Part shown: piece after piece, positions 1 through 11,686 of the stretch | How positions within the stretch are numbered: position 1 is the stretch's first letter | Layout: the number at the start of each line of letters is the position of its first letter | DNA from: Isurus oxyrinchus | Lineage: Eukaryota | Assembly (NCBI GenBank): GCA_026770705.1 | Contig: JANJGN010000023.1 | Span: forward strand, 4,526,001 to 4,590,000 | Direction of reading: 5' to 3' | DNA length: 64,000 bases | The notes under the pieces: generated by a model | What the model saw: the letters and a program-made list of their open reading frames with translations, nothing else | Database searches by the model: none | What the model was told of the DNA's origin: nothing | Translations under genes and position numbers: made by a program

Positions 1-490
1 CAGTCTTCTAGTGGCCAAGTCGAGAACAAGATGGAAAACCTTTGGAATAGAACTAGACCGTTCAGGAATGATGTGAGGAAGCATATCTTTACACAAAGGG
101 AAGCAGAAATCTGGGATTCTCTCACCCAAAAAGCTGTTGAGAATGATGGTCAATTAAAAAATGTAAAAAATGAGATTGGTAAGCTTTTGTTAGGGGAGAT
201 TATTAAGGATTACAGAACCAAATAGGTAGATGGAGTTAAGATATTGATCAGTCATAACCTAATTGAATGGCAAAACAGGCTCTGGAATGGGGTGGGGTGG
301 ATGGGTGGTGGGGGGTGGATGGTTGGGGGAGTGGGGTGGATGGGTGTGGGGGGGGTGGATGGGTGGGGGCTGGGGGGGAGAATGGGTGGGGAGTGGGGTG
401 GATGGGTGGGTGGGGGGGGTGGATGGCTGGGGGTGGGGAGGTTGGTGGTTGGCGGTGGTGGAGCTGAATGGCATCCTCTTTTTCCTAAAT
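1..490 (+). mobile_element. CR1-type LINE 3' end fragment interrupted by a G-rich expansion
   Basis: Translation HIFTQREAEIWDSLTQKAVE resembles the CR1 ORF2 C-terminus (FFTQRVVxxWNxLP); the CR1 3' tail (gatcagtcataacctaattgaatggc...gctgaatggc) is split by the G-rich tract. Confidence 0.7.
288..462 (+). repeat. G-rich low-complexity tract, (GGGGTGGAT)-like, G-quadruplex prone
   Basis: Many GGG(G) runs separated by T/TGGAT. Confidence 0.85.
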
Positions 491-1641
491 CCAACAAAAG
501 TAATCAGAGATCTGGAAAGGGACCCCGGCAACTTTTTCCCCCTCCTTAGTCCAGAGTGTGCAAATCCATTGTTAGAAACTGAACTACTGCCCAGACTGAG
601 ATCAGCAAAGTTTGCACAGACTGTGGGCCATACCTGGGACCTTTCTGATCAGCAAGATTGAGTACTGCAGCAAGCCATCGGGTCTATTAACTTGAGTACT
701 TTGAATTCTTTTCATGGTATCTAACTAGAATGTCAACTGTCCACTGGACATGAGCTCTCTCAATAATGCAATGTCTTAAGGAGTGGAGATAACCATGGGT
801 TCATCCAGCGGTAAGTTCTCTCAGTATACTGCCTCCCACTGTATTTCTGGACTACAAGTTTCATCGATGCAAATGTCTCCATAAACAGGTAAAGTTCTGC
901 AGCTGGAGCTCAGCTTTTACTTTGACAGGATTGACAAAACAATGCTGCTAAGAGCAAAGAACATAAGAAAGACTGGGATGAGAAAATATCAATCAGCTTA
1001 TCAGGCACTCTCTACAAAATCTGTACAATTCCCCATATCAGGGATTCTCCCACAGTCCATACGTCTACATTCTGTCCTCTAATGGACTTTGCCCACACTG
1101 AGGGCAAGTTGTATCAGCACTCCCTGATCCCAAAAAGAAATTGAACAGAACACCTGAATATACGGCCAGTCTCACAACTCCACTGTTCAACCATGGCCTG
1201 CTGAGGTCTAATTCTAGGCACAGCTGTCCACATAGGAACTAGGCTAAATGCTGAGGGAGAGTGTGCTGGGGTCTATAACAAAATAGTTTTACTCATCCCT
1301 GGTTGTGTTTAACCATCCATGTTTATAATAATTGGCCCTTTATACCTGGGTTCAGTTGAAACTTCTCTCTTATATTTGGCTCTTCCTCTGGTTTGCCTAC
1401 CCTGCTTTTAAATCAATACCTACCTACAATCATTGGTTCCCGACATTATTCTAAAAACTTGCACTGTGCGCCCTTAATCTTCAGTTTTCAATAATGAGCT
1501 CTAATTGAAAGTGTGGCACACCAAGGCTCAATCTAGCTTCACCACCTCCTGCTTAAACAAAGCCTGGTGTGCCACATCTCACGCTCTAACACAATCCTTC
1601 CCGCTCATGGCCATCTAGCTGTGCTTTCCTCTTCACCTCAG

Positions 1642-1791
1642 GTCTACATATGCGGAGGATTCAATGGTAATGAATGCTTGTTCACAGCTGAGTTCTACAC
1701 TCCCGAAACCAACCAATGGACAACCGTAGCGCCCATGAGGAGCAGGCGTAGTGGCGTTGGCGTTATAGCTTATGGTGAATGCGTATACGCA
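1642..1791 (+). CDS. KLHL10: Kelch-like protein 10, penultimate coding exon (kelch repeat)
   Basis: cag|GTC TAC ATA...TAC GCA|gtaagt; 150 nt, VYICGGFNGNECLFTAEFYTPETNQWTTVAPMRSRRSGVGVIAYGECVYA; synteny with KLHL11 and ACLY. Confidence 0.92.
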
Positions 1792-3987
1792 GTAAGTGAA
1801 AACAGCTTGCAATTATAGAACACTTCTAACATAGCAAAACACCCCAAGGAGTGTCTCAACTTGGGGTTAATAGAAAAGGGAAATTTAGAATGAACAAGTA
1901 GATTTTAAGGCGACTTCTGGTGTGGGGGAAATGTGACAAGGGAAAAGAGAGTTCCAGATTTAGGGAGGCAGGATGACTGAGAGCACTGCCACTAGTGATA
2001 GAGAGGAATGCACATCACACCAGGGGTTAATAGCGGGCAATGCAAGATTGTACACAGGGCAGGAGAGAGTTGCAGAGGTTGAGAGTGTGAGGCCACAGAT
2101 TGGGGGAGGAGGTTGGGGATTTTGAAATGGGTGCTGAGGAATAGGGTAAAGCCAGTGGGAGACATGACTCCTCCCCAAACATTCTGAGGTCAGTTACCTC
2201 ATGTTGCTCCCAGGAATTTCTGGCACCCTGACTTCAGCCTGGGAGACCACGATTCCAGGTCAGCTTTCAGAGTGGTTAAGTCAGCATTCTCTCAGTTCCA
2301 AACTCCCACCATTTGGCTGTGCCACCGCAGAAGGACAGGAAGCAAAGAGAGGTCAAAAAGGACACAGGACTAAATAGGTGAGCAGCATTTTATACTGAAT
2401 GAACATCACATGTTTTCCTTATTCAGTTACGTTAATACAAAGGTCACTGGGGTTACTTGCAAACTCTCCCATTATCCAAGTGACTTGTTTATTCTTTCTT
2501 CAATCCAATTTGCTTTGCCTTCTCCAAGTTTCACCAAGAAATTATCAGGCAACAAGAACCTCAAACTGACACTTCCATGATGTCTTGTAAACTTGCTTGA
2601 GAACGGACGCTAATATTCTCTCCCTGTGCCTAGCATCCAATCAAATGGATGAAAAAAAACAATTCTGGCAGCATTGAAGGTGCATGTTGGAGGCCAAACA
2701 TCTGGATGTTGGACTGATAGGACAGGTGGAGTGCTAGCTAACAACTTGCTTTTATATAACACTTTTAATATTAGAAACATCCTAACATGCTTCATGGGGT
2801 GTGGGATGGGGACCAATTAACAGGAGCGATGTCCAAAGGAACAGTTCAAAAGACCAGCTTGAGAAACCTTTTAATGGCAGGGTGGGTAGTTTCAAGGAGG
2901 AAGGGTTTAAGAATTAAGTTCTAGAGATTAAGGTCAACAGTGGATCACAGAAAGGGCTGGGGGTTGGGTGGGGGTGGGGGGGAGCAGAACTACCTTCCTG
3001 ACCCCAAATTCCTAATCTTACTCTTGGGCCTGGAGAGGTGGCAAGAGAAGACTGAAGTGATTTAACAGTGGGCGCTATTTGAAGTCGAGTTCTGTGAGAC
3101 AGCTTTCTATACTTTATTACCTCCACTCCCCTATCCCAGCAGTAGACCTGTTCACCAGGGGAGGAAGGGCAATGTGATAGAATGACAGGGAGACTGATTT
3201 TTCTAGGGAGGAGTGGAGTGAGATGCCAACATTAACAAGTCCAGAATTCTACAGTCTGGCCAAGAGATGCAACTAACCACAAAGAACAGAGGGAACGAAT
3301 GCACAGAAGCTTCTGCATATTCCTCATTCCCTAATACATTTATTTTAACCCTAAATACAATGGTTCACATTAAAAGTACTGTTAACAAGTGGATACGGAG
3401 TAAGGAACAGTTGAACAAGCCCATGTCTTTTTGATTGATCTTAACCCACCTATCCATCTTGCACATCACTGAACCATAGGAATTACAACACAGGAGGACA
3501 TTAAGCCCACCCACCCACCCTGTCTGTGCTGGTGTCACTGCTAGCTCTTCAGCTGCAGCTATCTACTCTAAACAATCTTCCAAACTCCTTTCCCCTGTCC
3601 CTACATGTTCTTTTTTTTCAGTTGTCAGCCTTGAGTAAGTGGCTAGCACTCAGAGTCAAAAGGTTGTGGGTCCAAGCTCCTTTCTAGACACTGGGGCACT
3701 GACACTTCAGTACATTACTGAGGGGGTGCTGCACTATCAGAGGTGCTGCCTTTCAGGTGAGAGGCTGAACCAAGACCCCATCTGCCTCCAATAAGCTGAC
3801 ATAAAAGATCCCATGGCACTATTTTGATGAGCAGGGGAGTTCTCAGTGTCCTAGTCAACATTTATCACTCAAACAATATTGAAAACAGATGATCTAGTCA
3901 TTTACTTCACTGCTGTTGTGGGAGCTTGTTGCACCCAAATGATTCCATGTTTCCAACATTACAACAGTGAGTACACTTCAAAAGCAC

Positions 3988-4530
3988 AGTGGCAGTGGCT
4001 TAGCGGTATTGTCTCTGGACTAGTGTTCCAGAGATCCAGGGTAATGTTCTGGAGATAAAAGCAAAATACTGCGGATGCTGGAAATCTGAAACAAAAACAG
4101 AAAATGCTGGAAAAACTCCAACAGGTCGAGCAACATGTGTGGGGATAGAAACAGAGACTGTTCCAGAAGAGAAGCAGAAACTGCTTCTCTCTCCATAGGT
4201 GCTGCTAGACCTGTTGAGTTTTTCCAGCATTTTCTGTTTTTGTTGTTAATGTTCTGGGGACCTGGGTTCAAATTCCACCAAGGCCGATGGTGAAATTTGA
4301 ATTTAATAAAAATCTGGAATTTAAAGTCTGATGATGACCAAGAAACCATTGTTGTAAAAACCCATCAGGGTCACTATTGCCTTAAGGGAAGAAAACCTGC
4401 CATCCTTACCTGGTCTGGCCTACATGTGACTTGAGACCCACAACAATGTGGTTGACTCTTAAATGCCCTCTGAACAAGGGCAATTAGGGATGGGCACTGG
4501 ACTTCCCAGTGGCGCCCACATCTCAAAAAA
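3988..4530 (+). mobile_element. tRNA-headed SINE with LINE-derived 3' tail
   Basis: A box tggcttagcgg (~3995), B box ggttcaaattcc (~4265), tail caagggcaattagggatgggca shared with the LINE at 4605-7422. Confidence 0.8.
4053..4246 (-). mobile_element. Penelope-type inverted-repeat short insertion (older copy)
   Basis: Imperfect palindrome flanked by 11-bp TSD taatgttctgg (4042-4052 / 4247-4257). Confidence 0.8.
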
Positions 4531-4604
4531 ATTGGCTGTGAAATGTTTTCAGCCATAGAAATGCAAACTTCCTCTTATTTTCTTCAAATAGTTATTAAAT
4601 ATAT

Positions 4605-7422
4605 TTATTCATTCACAGGATGTGGGCATCGCTGGCTGGGCCAGCGTTTATTGCCCATCCCTAGTTGCCCTTGAGAAGGTGGTGGTGAGCTGCCTTCTTG
4701 AACCGCTGCAGTCCAAATCATGTAGGTACACCCACAGTTCTGTTAATGAGGGAGTTCCAGGATTTGACCTAGCAACAATGAAGGAACGGTGATATATTTC
4801 CAAGTCAGGATGGTGATGACTTGGAGGGGAACTTCCAGGTGGTGGTATTCCCATCTATCTGCTGCCCTTGTCCTTCTAGATGGTAGTGCTCTTATAGCCA
4901 CAGTATTTATATAGCTAGTCCAGTTCAGTTTCCAATCGATGGTAACCCCCAGGATGTTGATAGTGGGGGATTCAGTGATGGTAATGCCATCAAGGGAAGA
5001 TGGCTAGATTCTCTCTTGTTGGAGATGGTCATTTCCTGGCACTTGTGTGATGTGAATGTTACTTGCCACTTGTCAGCCCAAGCCTGGATATTGTCCAGGT
5101 CTTGTTGCATTTGGAAATAGACTACTTCAGTATCAGAGGGGTCATAATTGGTGCTGAACCTTGTGCAATCATCAGCGAACATCCCTACTTCTGACCTTAT
5201 GATGGAAGGAAGGTCAGTGATGAAGCAGCTGAAGATGGTTGGGCTGAGGACACTATCCTGAGGAACTCCTGCAGTGATGTCCTGGAACAGAGATGACTGA
5301 CCTCCAACAACCACAGCTATCTTCCTTTGTGCTAGGTATGACTCCATCCTGTGGAAGGTTTTCCCCCTGATTCCCTTTGTCTCCAGTTTTGCTATTGCTC
5401 CCTGAAGCCACACTCAGTCAAATGTGACCTTGATGTCAAGGGCCGTCACACTCACCTCACTTTGGGAGTTCAGCTCTTTTGTCCATGTTTGAACCAAGGC
5501 TGTAATAAGGTCAGAGGCTGAGTCTCCCTGGTGGAACCCAAACAGGGCATCAATGAGCAGGTTATTGCTAAGCAAGTACCACTTCATAGCACTCTTGATG
5601 ACTCCTTCCTTTACTGATGATTGAGAGCAGACTGATGAGCCGGTAATTGGCTGGATTGGATTTGTCCTGTTTTTGTGTACAGGACATACATGGGCAATTT
5701 TCCACATAGTCAGGTAGATGCCAGTGTTGTAGCTGTACTGGAACAGTTTGGCTAGGGGCACGGCAAGTTCTGGAGCACAAGTCTTCAGTACTATTGCCGG
5801 TATATTGTCAGGACCCATAGCTTTTGCAGTATCCAGTACCTTCAGCTATTTCTTGATATCATGTGGAGTCAATCGAATTGGCTGAAGACTGGTATCTGTG
5901 ATGCTGGGGACCTCCGGAGGAGGTAGAGATGGATCATCCACTTGCAATTCTGGCTGAAGATTGTAGCAAATGCTTTAGCCTTAACTTTTGCACTGATGTG
6001 CTGAGCTCCCCCATCATTGAGGATGGAGATATTTGTGGAACCTCCTCCTCCAGTGAGTTGTTTAATTGTCCACCACCATTCACAGCTGGATGTGGCAGGA
6101 CTGCAGAGCTTAGATCTGATCCGTTAGTTATGGGATCACTTAACTCTGCCAATCACTTGCTGCTTATGCTGTTTGGCACGCAAATCGTCCTGTGTTTTGG
6201 CTTCACCAGGTTGAGGCCTCATTTTTAGGTATGCCTGGTGCTGCTCCTGGCATGCCCTCCTGCACTCTTCATTGAACCAGGGCTGATCCTCTGGCTTGAT
6301 GGTAATGGTAGAGTGGGGAATATGCTGGGCCATGAGGTTACAGATTGTGTTCAAGTACAATTCTGCTACTGCTGAAGGCCCACAGCGCTTCATGAATGCC
6401 CAGTCTTGAGTTGCTAGATCTGATCAAAATCTATTCATCAGATGGTGGTAGTGCCACACAGCACGATGGAGAGTATCCTCAATGTGAAGGCGGGACTTTG
6501 TCTCCACAATGACTGTGCTGTGGTCACTGTTACCCATACTGTCATGGACAGATGCATCTGCGGCAGGCAGGTTGATGAGGATGTGGTCACGTGTGTTTTT
6601 CCCTCTTGTTGCTTCCCTCACCACCTGTTGCAGACCCAGTCTACCAGCTATGTCCTTTAGGATTCAGCCAGCTCAGTCAGTAGTGTGCTTCCAAGCCAAT
6701 CTTGGTGATGGCCATTGAAGTCCCCCACCCAGAGTACATTCTGCGCCCTTCCCACCCTCAGTGCTTCCTCCAAGTGATGTTCAACATGGAAGAGTACAGA
6801 TTCATCAGCTGAGGGAGGGCGGTACGTGGTAATCAGCAGGAGGTTTCCTTGCCCATGTTTGACCTGATGCCATGAGGCTTCATGGGGTCTGGAGATGATG
6901 TTGAGGACTCCCAAGGCAACTCCCTCCTGACTGTATACCACATATGATTCTGCGAGTATGACTATGTCAGGCTGTTGCTTGACTAGTCTGTAAGACAGCT
7001 CTCCCAGAGCACTCGTCCTCAGATGTTAGTAAGGAGGACTTTGCAGGGTCGACAGGGCTGAGTTTACCACTGTCGTTTCCAGTGTCTAGGTCAATGCTGG
7101 GTGGTCCGTCTGGTTTCATTCCTTTTTTGAGTCTTTGTAGCGGCTTGATACAACTGAGTGCAGTTCAGAGGGCATTTAAGAGTCAACTGGAGTCATATGT
7201 AGATAGGACAGCAGATTTCCTTCCCTAAAGGGAAATTTAAGTGAACCAGATGGGTTTTTACAACAATCGGCAATGGTTTCACGGTCATTGCTAGATTTTT
7301 AATTCCAGATTTTTATTGAATTCAAATTCCACCACCTGTTGTGGCGAGTTCATTCCCAGAGCATTACCATGGGTCTCTGGATGACTAGCCCAGCGACAAT
7401 ACCACTCAGCCATCGCCTCCCC
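4605..7422 (-). mobile_element. Degenerate near full-length CR1-group LINE (APE endonuclease + RT) with SINE-like 5' head
   Basis: Fragments YRPP..WVGDFN (APE), GPDNIP..LK, GVPQDSVLSP, FADD (RT); 3' tail ...cccacatcctgtgaatgaataaa; multiple frameshifts. Confidence 0.88.
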
Positions 7423-7849
7423 TGGGAAGAGACTGGGAGATATGGTTAAAAGGTAGATCGCTGTAGGAGACCGGTTTTTTGGACTTTTCCCATCTCTTCA
7501 TAATCTTGAAGCTGCATTCGTCACCTCAAAGCCTCTTTTCCAAAGACAATACTTTCTTTTTTTTAAAAAAAAAACTCTATTCTCATAAGTTTGATTCCAA
7601 AATTCCAGAATTACCTTTGTTCGGTCCTTTTCAAAGGACAATAATAATTCTCTTGCTGCCTGATGATTAGCTGGCCAGATGGAACAAAAGTCCTGCGGAT
7701 GGCGTCTGACCGACAACTTATTGACTTTTAAGATTGTCTGGGCTTGAAAGTAAGACTGAAATAGTAATCATTACAAAACCACTTAACGCTGCGAGGAAGT
7801 GAACCATTTCCCTTGTAGTGAACAGCTGCTTTCCCCTTTTAAACGGCAG

Positions 7850-8227
7850 GTTGGAGGCTTCGACGGGGCTAACCGCCTTCGGAGTGCTGAGGCTTACAGC
7901 CCCCTCACCAACACCTGGCGCACTTTGCCCACCATGTTTAACCCGCGGAGCAATTTTGGGATTGAGGTGGTGGACGACCTCTTGTTTGTCGTGGGCGGTT
8001 TTAACGGTTTCACGACGACGTTCAACGTCGAGTGCTACGACGAGAAGACAGACGAGTGGTACGACGCCCATGACATGAGCATCTACCGCAGTGCCCTGAG
8101 CTGCTGCGTGGTGCCAGGGCTACCCAACGTTCGAGAGTATGCAGCGCCCAGGGACAGTCTGCTGGGGTTACTGTCCCGCGAGGAACAAATCAAATACTCT
8201 GCCTCTACCAGCCTCTTAGCGGTATGA
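7850..8227 (+). CDS. KLHL10: Kelch-like protein 10, last coding exon
   Basis: cag|GTT GGA GGC; VGGFDGANRLRSAEAYSP...FNPRSNFGIEVVDDLLFVVGGFNGFTTTFNVECYDEKTDEWY...stop at 8227; in phase with the 1642-1791 exon. Confidence 0.93.
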   Translation, partial: VGGFDGANRLRSAEAYSPLTNTWRTLPTMFNPRSNFGIEVVDDLLFVVGGFNGFTTTFNVECYDEKTDEWYDAHDMSIYRSALSCCVVPGLPNVREYAAPRDSLLGLLSREEQIKYSASTSLLAV

Positions 8228-8267
8228 TCTCTGCACTGACAACCCGATTACTCTTTTTGCTGTTACC

Positions 8268-8332
8268 AATAAAATATTTTCCTGAAGAATCAACAGTGTA
8301 ATAACCATAAAGAAAACTTATTTTTAAATAAA
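8268..8332 (+). terminator. Candidate KLHL10 polyadenylation signals
   Basis: AATAAA at 8268-8273 and 8327-8332, shortly after the stop codon. Confidence 0.6.
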
Positions 8333-9214
8333 ATTTTAAGCACAGTGTGAAGATTGGTCTGCATATGTTCATTGGTAACTGTGAGGACGAAGCCTAAAGG
8401 ACCCCTGTTGTGCAGTGAGAAGAGAATCACCAATATTTCGAATGAGAAAAACAGGCACCTTTGTTCTAGGGGTAAGTAACAATAGCCACAAAGCCTTTAA
8501 CGCTGCATATATACCAAGAGGAAGGCTTCCATCCCTTGGCAACGCCCGCTGACGGAGAAAGGTCAAGAGACTGATCCTTAACGACAAAGATCTGAGCTAT
8601 CAGGGAAAACTGGAGAAAGTTAGACTCCTCCACTAAGAAAGGTGTCGGAGAAAGTGATCTCATTCGAGATTTAGAAGATGGGTAAAGCAATGGAATAACG
8701 CTTCAAATTACATTCTAGCTGGGTAGAACAGGGGACAAATGTCTATATAAAAGGTAAATGTAGAACGGAAATCAGGAATTCTTCACAAGGACTGAGCAAC
8801 ACTTGGAAAGAGGAATGATGTCAAAAATCCAGTATCTTTGTAGTATTTGCTCTCAGGATGTGGGAATACTGGAATGTATTGACAGAAGCAAATTGAAGTG
8901 ACGAATCACGATCATCACAAGCACACCGGCAAAATAAAATGTTTATTAGTGGACTAAGTAAGCCACGTTGAAACTTCCTAGAATTCAATGCCAAAGAGAT
9001 GCAAAGTGTATTTACCACAACTGGAATTTGCACTAATATTCAACTTGAGCTGAACTTTGGGAAATCCACAAAACATGTCAATAATAAGGAGAGAATGTCC
9101 GACTGTAGAGGCCACAAGGATGGATGATTTGGGAAAGGGAGATGCCATATTGGTACAGTAGCTGATGAGCGGTGAGGTAGTTTAAAAGGGGGCTTTACGT
9201 GGGGAGGCGGGACA

Positions 9215-10035
9215 GATGGAGACTGGAGGTTATGTGATGAAATCTTCAGGTTTACATCCAAGCAGAGGGAAAGTGTGGGAAATGTGAGGTTGTCCAAATT
9301 GTCAAGAATAATAGAAAAGCAGAATATTATTTAAATGGAGAGAGACTGCAGAGTGCTTCAATACAGTGGAATCTAGGAGTCCTTGTACCAGCCACACAAG
9401 GTTAACATGCAGATACAGGAAGTAATTAGGAAGTCAAATGGAACGTTGGCCTAGGGAAGCCTTGCTAGAACTATACGGGGTGGTGCTGAGACTGCGCCTA
9501 GAGTACTGTGTACAGTTTTGGTCTCCTTACTTAAGGAGGGATGTATTTACACGGAAGCAGTTCAGAGAAGGTTCACTAGGTTGTTTCCTGGGACGAAGAG
9601 GTTGTCTAATGAGGAAAGGTTGAGCAGGGTGGGCCTATACTCCTTGGAGATTAGAACAATGAGAGGTGATCTTATTGAAACATACAAGATTCTGAGGAGT
9701 GCTGGACAGAGTGAGTGCTAAGAGGATGTTTCCTCCTGTGGGGGAATCTAGTATTAGGGGGCACATTTTAAAAATAAGAAGTCTCCCATGAGATGAGGAG
9801 GAATTTCTTCTCTCACAGGGTTGTTAGTTTTTCGAATTCTCTTCCATGGAGAGTAGTGGTGGCTGGGTCATTGAATATATTCAAGGTTGAGTTTGACAGA
9901 TTTTTGATCTACAAGAGAATCAAGGGTTGTGGGGCAACAGGAGAGTGAACTTAAGGTCACAATTAGATCAGCCATGATCTTATTGAATGGTGGAACAGGC
10001 TCGATGGGCCGAATGACCTACTCCTGCTCCTATTT
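9215..10035 (+). mobile_element. 5'-truncated CR1 LINE
   Basis: RLRLEYCVQFWSPYL, RRFTRL, MRGDLIETYKIL; tail ctactcctgctcctatttcttctg. Confidence 0.85.
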
Positions 10036-10179
10036 CTTCTGATCTTTGATCTGATAGCCATTGCTGAACTTAAAAGGAACCAAAATTTCATGTTTTTCTG
10101 CACTGCGTTATTCCAGTATAAAAGGTGAATTTGTACACTAAGGGTTAAAAGACAAAAAAAAAAACCCCAAAAGGACTAT

Positions 10180-10550
10180 GCCGGCAAGAGATTATGTTAC
10201 TGGGCTAGTAATCAAGAATCATGGACTAATGGTCAAATACTACATGGCAGCTGGGGTATTTAAACATTATTATTTAAAAGAAGCAGCAACGGTGACCATA
10301 TAACTTCTGGAATTTCATTAAAAACACACCCAGATCACTAATACCCTTTAATTTGCCATTGGTCTGGCTTGTGTGTGGCTCCAGATCCACCGTAACATGA
10401 CTGACTTTTAACTGCCCTATGAAATAGCCTTGGAGACCATCCCATTGCATTCAAGAATGTGGCTCACCGCAACTTAATCAAGGGCAATTAGGGATGAGCA
10501 TTTATGCTGCATTTACCAGCAATGCCCACACCCTGAGAATGAATTAAAAA
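10180..10550 (+). mobile_element. Diverged copy of the tRNA-headed SINE
   Basis: actgggctagtaatc...ggtctggc...tcaagggcaattagggatgagca...gaatgaattaaaaa. Confidence 0.65.
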
Positions 10551-10569
10551 ACAGAGGGCATCAAACTTT

Positions 10570-11686
10570 TTTTATTCGTTCACAGGATGTGGGTGTCACT
10601 GGCTGGGCCAGTATTTATTGCCCATCTCTAATTGCCCTTGAGAAGGTGATGGTGAGCTGCCTTCTTGAACCGCTGCAGTCCATGTGGTGTAGGGAGGGAG
10701 TTCCAGGATTTTGACCCAGCAACAGTGAAGGAAAGGTGGTGTATTTCCAAGTCAGGAGATTCACAAGAATGATTCCTGGGATGATGAACTGTAACTATGA
10801 GGATAGATTGGAGAGGTCGGGTCTGTTTTGCTTGAAGAAAAGGAGACTTGATAGAGGTATTCAAGTTCCTGAGGGGTATGGACAGGCTAAATAGTGAGAA
10901 AATGTTCCCACTCAAGAGAACAGCTAGAACTAGAGGGTACAGATTCGAAATAATTGGCAAAAGGAGTAAATGTGGTGAGGAAAAGTTTTTTCACCCAGAG
11001 GGTGGTTGGAGTCTGGAAGGAACTTCCTGAAAGTGTAGTGGAGGCAGGTTCGATCGAGGTATTCAAAAGGGAATTGGATTGCTATCTGAAAAGAGAGCAC
11101 GCGCAAGATTACAGGGATAAGGCAGGGGAATGGGACTAGGTGGAATGCTCTTTCAGAGAGCTAGTGCAGACTCAATGGGCCAAACGACCTCCTTCTGCAT
11201 TATAAATATACAGTGATACTGTGTGCAACTTGGAGAGGAACTTGCAGGTGGTGGTGTTCCCATGCATCTGCTGCCCATGTCCTTCTAGGTCGTAGAGATC
11301 ACAGGTTTGGAATGTGCTGTTGAAGGAGCCATGGTGAGTTGTTACAGTGCATTTGTAGATGGTACATACTGCTGCCAATGTGTGTTGGTGGTGGAAGGAG
11401 TGAATGTTTAAGGTGATGCAGGGGGTGCCAATCATTCAGGCTGCTTTGTCCTAGATGATGTTGAGCTTCTTGAGTGTTGTTGAAGCTGCATTCATCCAGA
11501 CAAGTGGAGAGTATTCGATCACACTTCTGACTTGTGCCTTGTAGATGGTGGACAGGCTTTGGGAAGTCAGGTGGCGAGTTACTCGCCACAGAATTCCCAG
11601 CCCCTGACCCGCTCTTGTAGCCACAGTATTTATATGGCTAGTCCAGTTCAGTTTCTGGTCAATGGTAACCTCCAAGATGTAGATAG
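10570..11686 (-). mobile_element. 3' part of host LINE (same family as 4605-7422), cut by the LTR element; contains a + strand CR1 3' fragment at ~10757-11205
   Basis: VTIDQKLNWTSHINTVATRAGQ...YKAQVRSVIEYS; the sequence stops exactly at the LTR TG and resumes at ~25007. Confidence 0.85.

Larger units (their letters stand above)
3630..4570 (+). mobile_element. Deu-domain SINE (SacSINE1/AmnSINE-like) interrupted by a younger SINE
   Basis: Deu-type motifs aaagatcccatggcactatt...gagcaggggagttc...acaacagtgagtacacttcaaaag; resumes at ~4532 with ttggctgtgaaa...aaatgcaa. Confidence 0.75.

Noticed and set aside
244-661. Gly/Trp-rich and Pro/His-rich ORFs
   Set aside because: Translation of the low-complexity G-rich tract.
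3995-4280. tRNA gene suggested by A and B boxes
   Set aside because: The boxes belong to a SINE head, are separated by an insertion, and no cloverleaf is evident.
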